A stretch of 62,662 nt of DNA, the filler included. It is 4 parts of 4 records of this genome, joined end to end, with 100 filler letters (N's around TTAATTAATTAA, not from the genome) between each part and the next. Parts side by side here need not be neighbours in the genome. Positions count along the whole stretch, not along the records: positions 8,900 to 24,370 come from SRR20825019_1640; 3 more parts are not named here. One strand, given 5' to 3'. This document shows, in pieces, positions 9,337-19,221 of the stretch. The translations under genes and the position numbers were made by a program. The notes beneath the pieces are model-generated. The model saw nothing but the letters and a program-made list of their open reading frames with translations, did not search any database and was not told where the DNA came from. Position 1 is the first letter of the stretch. Each line of letters opens with the position of its first letter.

Positions 9337-11609
9337 GTGAAATTTAAGTACACGTCTTATTTGTTGATCTTTTCTTGTTTTTGTTTAGCGACTGCCAAAG
9401 AGCATGACTCTTTACAATTGGAAAGCCTGTATAAGAAATACTTAGAGCTTCCTAGAGAGGATGTTCATATACACTTTAACAAAGGGGTTTACCTTAAGGG
9501 CGATAAAATCTGGTTTACAGCCTATATTAAAGAGAGAAACGGATTACTGTCTCTTAACTCTACCACTCAATACTGTTTGCTCTATGATGTAACAGGAAAT
9601 CCAATATCACAAAAGGTGTTACATATTTCCAATGCTAATGCATCCGGTCAATTCGAGGTCAAACCTGAATACACTGCGGGTATTTTATACATTACGGCAT
9701 TCACAAATTGGATGAGAAATTTTGACAAAGAGGATGTATTTATAGGTAAATTAAAACTAAAGGGAGCCGAATCTAATGTCTTGGAATTATCATATGACCA
9801 AAACGCTTACCAAGTTACCATACATGCGGAAGGAGGTAAATTTATCACTCAAACAGTCAATAATTTTGCTTTCAGAATTACAAATTATAATAATAGCTCT
9901 GGCATGGGCAAGTTCAATATTAGGCAGAAATCAAGGGAAGTTTATTTTTTCAAGGCCAAAATGGAAGATGGGGGTATAATTGAAAAGCAGCTTCCAAATA
10001 TTGAAAATGAAGGTGTTACCATCTCAATAAATAATCTAATTGAAGATAGAATATTAATAGAGTTCAGTTCCAATTCAAGCACCTTCCCGAAATTGAAAAA
10101 TAAAAAGTTTCTTTTGACAATTAATCAGGGAGGTCAAATGATAAGAAAATCTTTTACTTATGATAAGGTGGGATTTTCGGTCGAGTTCATGCGTGAAGGT
10201 CTAATGCGCGGTGTCAATATAGTGACTCTTTTTGATCATGATTATAACCCTATTGTTAAGCGTTTGGTTTTTAACAGTATCGAAAATTACCACATAACAA
10301 AAACTAAACTTGTAAAAGCTGCCAAAATGAATGATTCAATAAATTTACTGCTACAACTCTTGGCCAACAAATCCATCAATTCTAGCATCAGTATTTCTGT
10401 TTTACCGGAAAACACAGTGGCAAATTTCAATGAAAAGTCAATAATTTCATCTTTTTTATTGAGCCCTTTTATTCGTGGGGAAATTGATTATTACCTTTCT
10501 TCTGTCAATCGAAAAAAGAAATTCGAGCTAGATTTATTAATGCTTTTACAGAAAGTGAAAAGTCCAATCGATAATGACTTCATTTTTAATCCACCCCAAA
10601 AACAGTTCGAGTATTCTAAAGGAGTCACTTTAAAAGGAAAAGTATACAACGCAAATTATGATTGGGATGAAAAAATACTAATATATCCTACCTCATTTGA
10701 GAATAGAACTTTTACGAAAGTAGACAATAATAAAGATTTTGTTTTTGATAATATATTGGTGTACAAAGGAGATAGTATCAAACTTTCGTTGTTAAACGAA
10801 AAGGGTAAATTAATCAAGCCAGAGGTTTCTTTTGAATTTTCCCCTTTTAAGGAGTATACTGAGCCATTGCCAACAACCGATATACTTAATGACACGGAGT
10901 GTGTTCTTCAAAGACAATTTGTGAACAGATCTAATGATCCGCTAATTTTCGAAAATCTAACAGAACTTGAAAAGGTTTCAGTTTTTGGACAAAGGGACAG
11001 AGACAAACTTAATCATAGATCGGTGCTTACGGGAGGCTTGTTTGAAGGTGTAAAGATTACAAAAAAAGAGATTGAAGAAAATATTCTTCTTTCAAGATTA
11101 TTAAGGAAGTTAGGCTATAAGGTCAGTGCAGGCCCCATTAATGGAAATATTCTTGTCAAGGCCAAGCTGCCAATGAGCAAACCTCCAGTGGTTGTTCTAA
11201 ATGGTTTCCCCATGCGAGAGGGTCTTAGGGATTTCCCGTTAGAGTTAATCGATGAGGTCTACTATGAACATATGGGAACCCATGGGAGTAATGGTGGAAC
11301 GATATATATTTATCAAAAAAGTGGAAGCTTTTCGCGCAAGAACAATGAAGATCAATTCATTAACCTGTACACCGAAGAAGGTTTTGATAGGGAGGAGACA
11401 TATTATGCTCCCAACTATTCATCATACTCGGATGAAGGATTTTTAAATTATGGCGCAATCTATTGGAATGGAAATATAAAAACCGATAATAACGACATAT
11501 TTGAAATTACATTTCCAGATTACGGAAATGATAGGGTCAAACTTTTTTAGAAGGTATGAATACGAATGGTGGACTTATTTATGATTCAATAACCGTTCAT
11601 GTTAAATAA
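9337..11609 (+). CDS. Large Bacteroidota envelope protein (MG2-like N-terminus, TonB-plug-like region); probable frameshift near C-terminus
   Basis: Signal-like N-terminus from GTG 9337; REDVHIHFNKGVYLKGDKIWFTAY, AFTNWMRNF, AEGGKF, GF...YYAPNY and GAIYW motifs. ORF stops at 11550 after a T6 run; another frame continues EGMNTNGGLIYDSITVHVK* to 11609. Confidence 0.6.
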
Positions 11610-11764
11610 TAAACTTCAGAAGTATAGTCAGATTGGTTTTTTAGAAGTGAGTACTATTTTGTTTTCACGTGACCAAATATAAAAGTGTTTAACCCTAGCA
11701 AATTGAAGTGGCATAACCATTAAGTCCGCAAACATGTTTTTTCCTCATTTTAAACCATACAATA

Positions 11765-13966
11765 ATGACCTATAAACCCTTTCCTTTCTATCAGCAATTA
11801 GATCAAATGGATTGTGGGCCTACTTGCTTGAGAATGATAGCCAAATATCATGGCAAATCGTATCCAATTGAGTATTTAAGAAAAGCGGCCAATATTACAA
11901 AAGAGGGGGTTAGCATGGGAGGCATAGCAGAAGCTTCCGAAGCTATCGGATACAGGACACTTGCTGTAAGTTTAAGCTATAATGATTTGATAAAAGAAGT
12001 GCCCTTGCCCTGTATAGCTCATTGGCGACAGCGACATTTTGTCGTCATTTACAAGATAAAAAAGAACAAAATTTATGTGGCAGATCCGGCCCATGGATTG
12101 ATCACATATGAGAAAACAGGATTTTTGAATGGGTGGGTAGGTTCGGATAAGAATGAAGATTCCAACGGATATCTCCTTTTGTTGGAACCGACCCAATTGT
12201 TTTATGATAAAAAATTGGAAAGTAAAAAGGAGTATGGTTTCAAGTTCTTGTTCTGGTATTTTAAACCATATAAAAAGTATATTTTCCAACTGTTCATAGG
12301 TCTTTTTGTCGGCAGTTTGTTGCAATTAATATTTCCTTTTTTAACGCAGGCCGTCGTCGATTACGGTATTAACCATCAGAACCTCAATTTTGTTTACCTC
12401 GTTCTAATAGCCCAATTGACTTTATTTATATCCCAGACAACCGTAGGCGTTATACGAAGTTGGATATTATTGCACATGACAAGTCGGATAAACATCAATT
12501 TGATATCGGATTTTTTGATAAAATTAATGCGTTTGCCCATTTCCTTTTTCGATTCAAAAAACACCGGTGACATTATACAGAGAATTTATGACCATGATAG
12601 AATTCAGGAATTTTTATCGAGCACGACTTTAAATACGCTTTTCTCTTCTTTTAATATTATCGTTTTTGGACTAGTATTAGCATATTATAACATTATGATT
12701 TTCTCTGTTTTTTTTATAGGTTCAATCATATATGTTGTATGGACCTTTTTGTTCCTCAAGAGGAGAAAGGAATTGGACTATAAAAGATTTGACCAGGCGG
12801 CAGACAATCAAAGTAGCATATACCAGTTGATTTCAGGAATGCAGGAAATAAAATTGAACGGTTCTGAACGAAGGCGACGATGGGAATGGGAGAGTATCCA
12901 AATAAAACTTTTTAAAGTTTCTCTAAAAAGTTTGGCACTTTCTCAAACGCAGAATGTGGGCGGACAGTTTTTTAATGAGATCAAAAACATCTTTATAACA
13001 TTTGTCGCTGCCAAAGCAGTAATTGACGGGGATTTTACACTTGGAATGATGCTTTCTGTCCAGTATATTATAGGTCAGTTAAATCTTCCGATCAATAATT
13101 TGATAACTTTTATCCAAACTGGTCAAGATGCTAAAATCAGTTTGGAAAGATTGGAGGAGATTCACTCCAAGAAGGAGGAAGAAGCTAAAGATGAAGATTT
13201 TTTAAGCCAGTTACCCAATAATAGAAGTATTGTAATAAAGAACCTTAGTTTTCGATACGGGGGGAATCAATCACCTAAAGTTTTAGATAAAATAAGCTTA
13301 ACAATCCCAGAAGGAAAAGTTACGGCTATAGTAGGTGGTAGCGGAAGTGGGAAAACAACGCTCATCAAGTTGCTGTTGAAGTTTTATGAACCTACAAAAG
13401 GTGCGGTTTTGATAGATAATGTTGACCTTAAAAATTTTGGCGCCAGCTTTTGGAGAAGAAATTGTGGTACTGTGATGCAAGATGGATTTTTATTTAGCGA
13501 TACCATTTCTAGAAATATCACGGAATCTGATTCAGAAAATCAAATGGATAAAAAAAGATTGATACATGCCGTAAGGGTTGCGAACATTGAAAAGCTGATA
13601 GAACAACTTCCAACTGGTTTCAATACAAAGATCGGAGCAAGTGGAATCAACATCAGCGGCGGAGAAAGACAGCGTATTTTGATTGCAAGAGCAGTTTATA
13701 AAAATCCAAATTATATTTTTTTTGACGAGGCAACCAGTGCATTAGATGCTAATAACGAAAAACAGATTATGGATAATCTCGAAAATTTTTACAAGAATAA
13801 AACTGTTGTTGTTGTCGCTCATCGACTCAGTACGGTAAAAAATGCAGATCAGATTATTGTATTGGATGAAGGTAAAATAGTTGAGAAAGGCACCCATAAC
13901 TCCCTTAGCAAAAAGAAAGGACTATATTATAGCCTGGTCAAAAACCAGTTAGAATTAGGAAACTAG
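11765..13966 (+). CDS. lanT: Peptidase-containing ABC transporter (C39 peptidase + TMD + ATPase)
   Basis: QQLDQMDCGPTCL catalytic Cys, HW..RHFVV His, VADPAHG Asp; GGSGSGKTT, ISGGERQR, FFDEATSALD. Confidence 0.95.
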   Translation: MTYKPFPFYQQLDQMDCGPTCLRMIAKYHGKSYPIEYLRKAANITKEGVSMGGIAEASEAIGYRTLAVSLSYNDLIKEVPLPCIAHWRQRHFVVIYKIKKNKIYVADPAHGLITYEKTGFLNGWVGSDKNEDSNGYLLLLEPTQLFYDKKLESKKEYGFKFLFWYFKPYKKYIFQLFIGLFVGSLLQLIFPFLTQAVVDYGINHQNLNFVYLVLIAQLTLFISQTTVGVIRSWILLHMTSRININLISDFLIKLMRLPISFFDSKNTGDIIQRIYDHDRIQEFLSSTTLNTLFSSFNIIVFGLVLAYYNIMIFSVFFIGSIIYVVWTFLFLKRRKELDYKRFDQAADNQSSIYQLISGMQEIKLNGSERRRRWEWESIQIKLFKVSLKSLALSQTQNVGGQFFNEIKNIFITFVAAKAVIDGDFTLGMMLSVQYIIGQLNLPINNLITFIQTGQDAKISLERLEEIHSKKEEEAKDEDFLSQLPNNRSIVIKNLSFRYGGNQSPKVLDKISLTIPEGKVTAIVGGSGSGKTTLIKLLLKFYEPTKGAVLIDNVDLKNFGASFWRRNCGTVMQDGFLFSDTISRNITESDSENQMDKKRLIHAVRVANIEKLIEQLPTGFNTKIGASGINISGGERQRILIARAVYKNPNYIFFDEATSALDANNEKQIMDNLENFYKNKTVVVVAHRLSTVKNADQIIVLDEGKIVEKGTHNSLSKKKGLYYSLVKNQLELGN

Positions 13967-13969
13967 CTT

Positions 13970-15292
13970 ATGATAAATTTTGAAGAGAGTATTGAGAATA
14001 AGGCCGAGCAATTGGATGAGCGTTCAGTCGAGGTGAAGGAGGTTCTCGGGAAATCACCGAGCTGGGTCATTAGGTGGGGTAATTCGGTGGTTTTCATTAT
14101 TATAGGTATTATAATATTAAGCTCCGCACTAGTCAGTTACAACGATGTGATTCCGGCCACCATTGTTGTTACCAGTAAAAACCCCCCTTTGTATTTGAAA
14201 GCCAAGAGTGAGGGTAGGCTTAGCCATATATTTGTGGAAGCAGGTCAAAGAGTGGTCAAAGGCGATATCCTCGCCATGATTGAGAATACCGCCACTATTG
14301 ATGATATGTTGTATTTGCGGAGTCAAATTGTCAATTTTAGCGCACATATAGAGAATTTGGATTCTTTGCAGCTTAAATATCCCCCATATTTAAACCTTGG
14401 TACCGTCCAGGTAGCCTATGGTGAATTTCGCACGCACTATCAAAACTTTATTTTATTTAATTCTTTGACCCCCAGCCAAAAGGAGTCCAACTTGCTGAGA
14501 AGACAATTGGAAGAACAAAAAGTATTATATGAAAAGCAAAAGCGACAATTGGAAACCTATAGGCAAAGCCTCGAGCTTTCACAAAATAGTTATGACCGTA
14601 ATACGCTTTTATTTGATAAAGGTGTCATATCCAAGGCTGAATACGAAAATGCCACTCAGGACTTTTTAAACAACAAACGACAATATGAAGGGTTTCGGAC
14701 AAGTATGTCAAACACTCAAATTGCCATAGAAAATTATAATAATCTATTGACTAAATCCGATATAGCGGGAACGGAATTCAGAAACAATTATAAACAACAA
14801 TTGAATAATGCATACCAAAGACTAAAAAATGACCTGTTGTTCTGGGAACAACAATTTTTGATCATGAGTCCAATTTCAGGGAAGGTGACACTATTCGATG
14901 TTTGGAATCAATTTCAAAACGTGAATGAAGGCGAGATACTCTTCACGGTGGTTCCCAATGATTTAGAGGAAATCATTGGTAAAGTGGCTTTGCCTATTAG
15001 AAATTCGGGAAAGGTCAAAAAAGGTCAAAAAGTTCTCATAAAACTGGATAATTATCCTTTCGAAGAATGGGGCAGTTTACAAGGTGAGATCGATAATATT
15101 TCCGAAGTTCCCAAACAGGGAGAAAAAGCATATTATACCCTTTATATAAGTATCGATAACCTTACAACAACTTATGATAAAGAAATAGATTTTAAGCAAG
15201 AAATGCAGGGTACTGCAGAAATTATAGTGGAAGAGTTGACCATTCTACAAAGAATATTTTATCAGTTAAGAAAGGTCTTGGACATCAATTAG
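13970..15292 (+). CDS. HlyD-family membrane fusion/secretion protein
   Basis: ERSVEVKEVLGKSPSWVIRWG plus single TM, coiled coil, SPISGKV, GQKVLIKLDNYPFEEWG; 3 nt after lanT. Confidence 0.92.
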   Translation: MINFEESIENKAEQLDERSVEVKEVLGKSPSWVIRWGNSVVFIIIGIIILSSALVSYNDVIPATIVVTSKNPPLYLKAKSEGRLSHIFVEAGQRVVKGDILAMIENTATIDDMLYLRSQIVNFSAHIENLDSLQLKYPPYLNLGTVQVAYGEFRTHYQNFILFNSLTPSQKESNLLRRQLEEQKVLYEKQKRQLETYRQSLELSQNSYDRNTLLFDKGVISKAEYENATQDFLNNKRQYEGFRTSMSNTQIAIENYNNLLTKSDIAGTEFRNNYKQQLNNAYQRLKNDLLFWEQQFLIMSPISGKVTLFDVWNQFQNVNEGEILFTVVPNDLEEIIGKVALPIRNSGKVKKGQKVLIKLDNYPFEEWGSLQGEIDNISEVPKQGEKAYYTLYISIDNLTTTYDKEIDFKQEMQGTAEIIVEELTILQRIFYQLRKVLDIN

Positions 15293-15320
15293 ACACTTGT
15301 AATCACTGGGGCTTGTATAG

Positions 15321-16031
15321 TCACGGGTGAGGTTGATTTCCTGGTGTACTTACAATGAACCTTCTGAATATAAGGTCTTCTATCAAGGATTCTGTTATGT
15401 TTTGAAGCTCCTTTTCCTCCTCCTTATTTGAAATCTCAAAAAGGTTGATAAACTGTTGGTGTACCTCTTTTAGGTTTCTGGGCTTTTCGAATTGTTGAAT
15501 TAAAAAGTACTGGTATTCCGATAAAGGAAATTCAAAAATATTGCTATCCAATTTAACGTCAAAAGTTCCGCTTCTTTCCAAAAGAAAAAAGTTTTCCGTT
15601 TTTTTTGCATTCAAAATCTGTTTTAAATCATAGGGGTTTTGAAAGGGGTCTCGTACAAACCATTTCCAATTTGATACATAAAGATGTACCATTTTATTTT
15701 TGACAAAGACCTCTTGTAATAGTGCGTTAAATTTAGATTTTAGTAGTTTCTCCCTCTCTATATTATAGGATAATTCCAATCTTAAAATATCATCAACATT
15801 ATTTATGGAATCTCTTAGATGGAACTTCTCCTTTTCCAAAAAGAATATTTCTTGAATTCTTTCTCGATCAGATTCTTTAAACGAAGTCCATTGGTCCTTG
15901 AGATTTGAATGCAGCTGATTTATGGCATTTTCCCCTGCGAGATTAAAACTTGTGAAATCCCTATCGAATTTAATCCCAAGGAGTTTGCCAAAGGTATAGG
16001 TTCTATTGAAGTGCTTTGAGGCTAAAATCAT
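15321..16031 (-). CDS. Hypothetical protein with possible C-terminal RRE/PqqD-like winged helix
   Basis: 236 aa; ATGA overlap with upstream gene; C-terminus ends in short strands then LSEYQYFLIQQFEKPRNLKEVHQQF...LIEDLIFRRFI. The RRE assignment is inference. Confidence 0.55.
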   Translation of the reverse strand: MILASKHFNRTYTFGKLLGIKFDRDFTSFNLAGENAINQLHSNLKDQWTSFKESDRERIQEIFFLEKEKFHLRDSINNVDDILRLELSYNIEREKLLKSKFNALLQEVFVKNKMVHLYVSNWKWFVRDPFQNPYDLKQILNAKKTENFFLLERSGTFDVKLDSNIFEFPLSEYQYFLIQQFEKPRNLKEVHQQFINLFEISNKEEEKELQNITESLIEDLIFRRFIVSTPGNQPHP

Positions 16032-16909
16032 TTTTTCAAAAGGGATATTATTCGGGCATGATATTCAGGGTACTCCAATAATAATTGATGTTCCAATTCC
16101 CTACAATACTCAGGAAAATTCTTTGAGAACGAATATAGATGCACATATTTCTTTTTCTTGTACTTGTTCATGAAATTCACTAGGTCCATTGATTTTTTTT
16201 CGTCGCCTTCGAAAAAATGCCTGATTTTAATATTCTTTTTACGAGCCATCGCACTGAACAAATACTGTTCATAGATCATGGCAAACAGTGATCCTTTAAC
16301 GGTTTTGGGAATTCTCCCCAAGTAGGTGTTGATGAAATCAAAAGATTCCTTAACATATTCCTTAAAAAAATCCAGGTCAGTCCCGCCTATTATACCCGCA
16401 TTGCTGGAATTAAATCTCTGATAAGCTCTCAAATCGTCTAGTAGGAGGGGAGGCAGATTTATATTGTGTTCTTTCAAATGGTTCAGGGCAAATTCATAGT
16501 CTCTTTCATCATCGTCCACATGTTGAGAAATCAATCTTGCACTCTCAATGTCATTACTGAATTTTTCCCATATATAAATATCGTTATCCACATGGATGAA
16601 CGGTTCTTTCTGTATACCATAAGTATGCAATTTACCGACCGCCCAAAGCTGTTTCGGGTAATTGTTCAGAGAGTCCAATTCCGTACTGACTTTTTTATAT
16701 GGCAACTGAAGTTGGTCAATTAAAAGTTTTGCTCCCTTATAGTCGGTTACAATTTCTATGTTTGGGTAAAACTTTTTCAAGGTCAAACAACTTAAGGTCC
16801 AACTTATATACTCATATTTTTTCTCTCTCCAACCCCCGAAAGTTTTTTCATTGAAACTCTCATTTTCTTGAGTTGAAGGTTTAGACCAAAAACTTTGTAC
16901 GATCTTCAT
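16028..16909 (-). CDS. DUF6734-like protein; putative nucleotide-sugar (GT-A-like) transferase
   Basis: MKIVQSFWSKP start, WTLSCLTL, LWAVGKLHTY, EPFIHVDNDIYIW (DxD), NAGIIGG, EQYLF, YVHL. Confidence 0.65.
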   Translation of the reverse strand: MKIVQSFWSKPSTQENESFNEKTFGGWREKKYEYISWTLSCLTLKKFYPNIEIVTDYKGAKLLIDQLQLPYKKVSTELDSLNNYPKQLWAVGKLHTYGIQKEPFIHVDNDIYIWEKFSNDIESARLISQHVDDDERDYEFALNHLKEHNINLPPLLLDDLRAYQRFNSSNAGIIGGTDLDFFKEYVKESFDFINTYLGRIPKTVKGSLFAMIYEQYLFSAMARKKNIKIRHFFEGDEKKSMDLVNFMNKYKKKKYVHLYSFSKNFPEYCRELEHQLLLEYPEYHARIISLLKK

Positions 16910-17014
16910 GTCAATAGGAGTAGGATTATTTTATATTTAACAATGTAGTATAATTACTTCTTTTTTTGTATAAAATACTTTTTTTGTGTAAAACTTTTTA
17001 ATAAACCGTTAATT

Positions 17015-17224
17015 ATGAAAAAACAGAAAAATTTAAAGCTGTTTCTTAACAAGCAAAAAATCAGCAGCTTAAGCAATCTAAGCCAACAGAAGTTGTTGGG
17101 GGGACAAAGTTACACCGGCACCTCGCATTGCACTTGCGGTGGAGGAGGGAATGGATCGGAGGCTTGTGAAACACTTGCAGCTTACACTTGCGCATGTACT
17201 ATCCCTGGTCAAGGAATCTGTTGA
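17015..17224 (+). CDS. lanA: Class I lanthipeptide precursor LanA1
   Basis: Leader with LxLxKx5L (LFLNKQKISSL) ending in GG at residues 29-30; 39-aa core with 6 Cys and 9 Ser/Thr. Confidence 0.92.
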   Translation: MKKQKNLKLFLNKQKISSLSNLSQQKLLGGQSYTGTSHCTCGGGGNGSEACETLAAYTCACTIPGQGIC

Positions 17225-17299
17225 TCGACTTCCTTTGTTGACCAGATAAATAATTACTGTTAAGATTCAGTACGTTATTTAATTGTAGAATTTGTGATC

Positions 17300-17354
17300 A
17301 ATGGCTTTTGAAATCACATTGGATTCAATCTGATGTTTAATTTTAAAAGTCATT
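17300..17354. terminator. Long imperfect hairpin between convergent lanA1 and lanC1
   Basis: AATGGCTTTTGAAAT..ACATTGGATT-C-AATCTGATGT..ATTTTAAAAGTCATT pairs with G:U wobbles, followed by a T run. Confidence 0.5.
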
Positions 17355-17400
17355 TTTTATTGCTGCTCCTAGTCGAAACATGCTTATTCCTTAATGGCGC

Positions 17401-18615
17401 CTAACTTATCAAAATGCATTGGTCCCAATTATTGTCTTCTTCGGAAAGATAGTCTACCATTACCAAACCTATACCGGCCACACCTTCGAGCAATGATAGT
17501 TTTGGCACCCATTTGTTTTCCAAACCATTCCATTGCTTGTATCCTGCAAAACCGTCATGGTGAACACTCTTTTTCAATCCATCTTCCATCCAAAAATGAA
17601 ATGCCTCTTTAAATAGTTTGTTGCCGGTTTCTTTAAATATCCTTTTAAAGATAAGTGCATTTCCAAATGATCCATGACAAAATCCCGCATCCAAGACCAA
17701 TGAAGTAGTCGGTGACCTTCTAAATGAGCAATGTTCTAATATTCCAACGGCCTTTTTCTGTAAAGAACTATCATCAATGGCAAAGCCGGTCCTCAACAGG
17801 GATGTTCCTATCCCAAGGTCCCCATAACACCATGCTATTCTGCTATTATATTCAATTTCAGAATTTTCTTCGATCCAATTTGGAAACAAGGATAGGTCGG
17901 TCCTATCCATAGCTTCATGTTCAAGTAGAAATTTTATACCGCCATGCAGAAGCTCTTGCGATTCAATTTTAAAGGCTTCATGTGTGTATAATCTTGATAA
18001 AAAGTCTATAATTCCTGAAATCCCATGGGCAAAACTTAAGTTCGCCCCTTTTCTTTCCTTGGTTACATCTAAAAATGAAAACCAACTTATAGTATCCCCT
18101 TTTCTAATAGCAAGATTTTTTAGGTCATGGATCGATTCCAGAATAATGGCTTCATACTTTTTTTGCAATTCCTTTTTTTCTGTTGCCCTATATCTGGTGA
18201 AAAAGTAGAAGGCATAACCTAGAGCACCATGTAAGAAATCATAATTACCATTTTTAAATTCGATTTTCATTTCATTATGTAAATAATCGTCAAATGGAGA
18301 AAGTAGTTCATCACAATCAATATTGATATATCCTTCTGCATTCAAATGTGAAATTGTCCATGCTAAACCGGCTATACCATTGCAATACGAAGGATGGGTG
18401 TATCCCTGGTTTATTTTCTCGATACTGTGCGAAATCATCTTTATCCCCGATTCCAAATGTTCTTCGCTACCTAAATAATCTGCATAATAAAACTGAAACA
18501 TCGCTATTCCAGCAATTCCGCCTATGCCGCCCAAATTTGGTACAGCGTCGAATCTATTTATTAGCACATCGCTTATCTCACTCAATTTTTCTAAAAATAG
18601 CTGTTTGTTTTTCAT
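17401..18615 (-). CDS. lanC: Lanthionine cyclase LanC1
   Basis: YCNGIAG, YDFLHGALG, NLSFAHGISG, AWCYGDLG, FCHGSFG (Zn ligands Cys, Cys, His), LLEGVAGIGL; start ATG 18615 or GTG 18621. Confidence 0.95.
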   Translation of the reverse strand: MKNKQLFLEKLSEISDVLINRFDAVPNLGGIGGIAGIAMFQFYYADYLGSEEHLESGIKMISHSIEKINQGYTHPSYCNGIAGLAWTISHLNAEGYINIDCDELLSPFDDYLHNEMKIEFKNGNYDFLHGALGYAFYFFTRYRATEKKELQKKYEAIILESIHDLKNLAIRKGDTISWFSFLDVTKERKGANLSFAHGISGIIDFLSRLYTHEAFKIESQELLHGGIKFLLEHEAMDRTDLSLFPNWIEENSEIEYNSRIAWCYGDLGIGTSLLRTGFAIDDSSLQKKAVGILEHCSFRRSPTTSLVLDAGFCHGSFGNALIFKRIFKETGNKLFKEAFHFWMEDGLKKSVHHDGFAGYKQWNGLENKWVPKLSLLEGVAGIGLVMVDYLSEEDNNWDQCILIS

Positions 18616-18849
18616 GCGCACCTATGCAATTTTAAAAGACCTCTAACAAACCATGGTGATTATATATACACGTTTTTAGGCTTATGTTTTATAAACTCGT
18701 TTACATAAACAATAATTTCAATTCAAAGGGCTCTTATAAGGATTCCGATATTTCTTATAGAATTTTTAAGATAAAACCTATAAATTAAGTAAATATATAC
18801 TTATATTGTAGTATAAATCTTAATTAATGTTTAATTTAAATTTTTACAA

Positions 18850-19032
18850 ATGAAAAAAAGAAAAGGCTTAAGCCTCACGTTGAACAAGAAAAAAGTTAGT
18901 GAACTAAGTGTGGCAAGTCAACAAAAAATTATGGGAGGTGCAAGTTATGGCAGTGGCTCATATTGTCAATGCCCAACTCCCTACTGTACACAGACCCAAT
19001 CTCTATCTTGCTCGGGAGGGGCATGTGGATAG
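18850..19032 (+). CDS. lanA: Class I lanthipeptide precursor LanA2
   Basis: Leader LTLNKKKVSEL (LxLxKx5L), GG at residues 29-30; 30-aa core with 5 Cys and 9 Ser/Thr. Confidence 0.92.
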   Translation: MKKRKGLSLTLNKKKVSELSVASQQKIMGGASYGSGSYCQCPTPYCTQTQSLSCSGGACG

Positions 19033-19054
19033 TTGATTTTAATTAAATGTTTTA

Positions 19055-19096
19055 AGTACAAAATAACCGATTTCATAAAATCGGTTATTTTGTACT
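19055..19096. terminator. Perfect 19-bp hairpin, probable bidirectional terminator or mRNA stabiliser after lanA2
   Basis: AGTACAAAATAACCGATTT-CATA-AAATCGGTTATTTTGTACT. Confidence 0.75.
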
Positions 19097-19221
19097 AGTA
19101 ATCAAAGGGGTATTCCCAGCTGACCGACCATTGTGTTTCTCGTAAAACTAGTGAGCATTGAGATATGTTTCTACAACATCATTTTTCAGTTTAAGGTTAA
19201 AAACAAAATCAGACCTTCAGT

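Noticed and set aside
17394-17612. Other short ORFs in the cluster as extra precursors (17394, 17724, 18348, 22478)
   Set aside because: Antisense to lanC genes, with no LxLxKx5L leader or GG cleavage site
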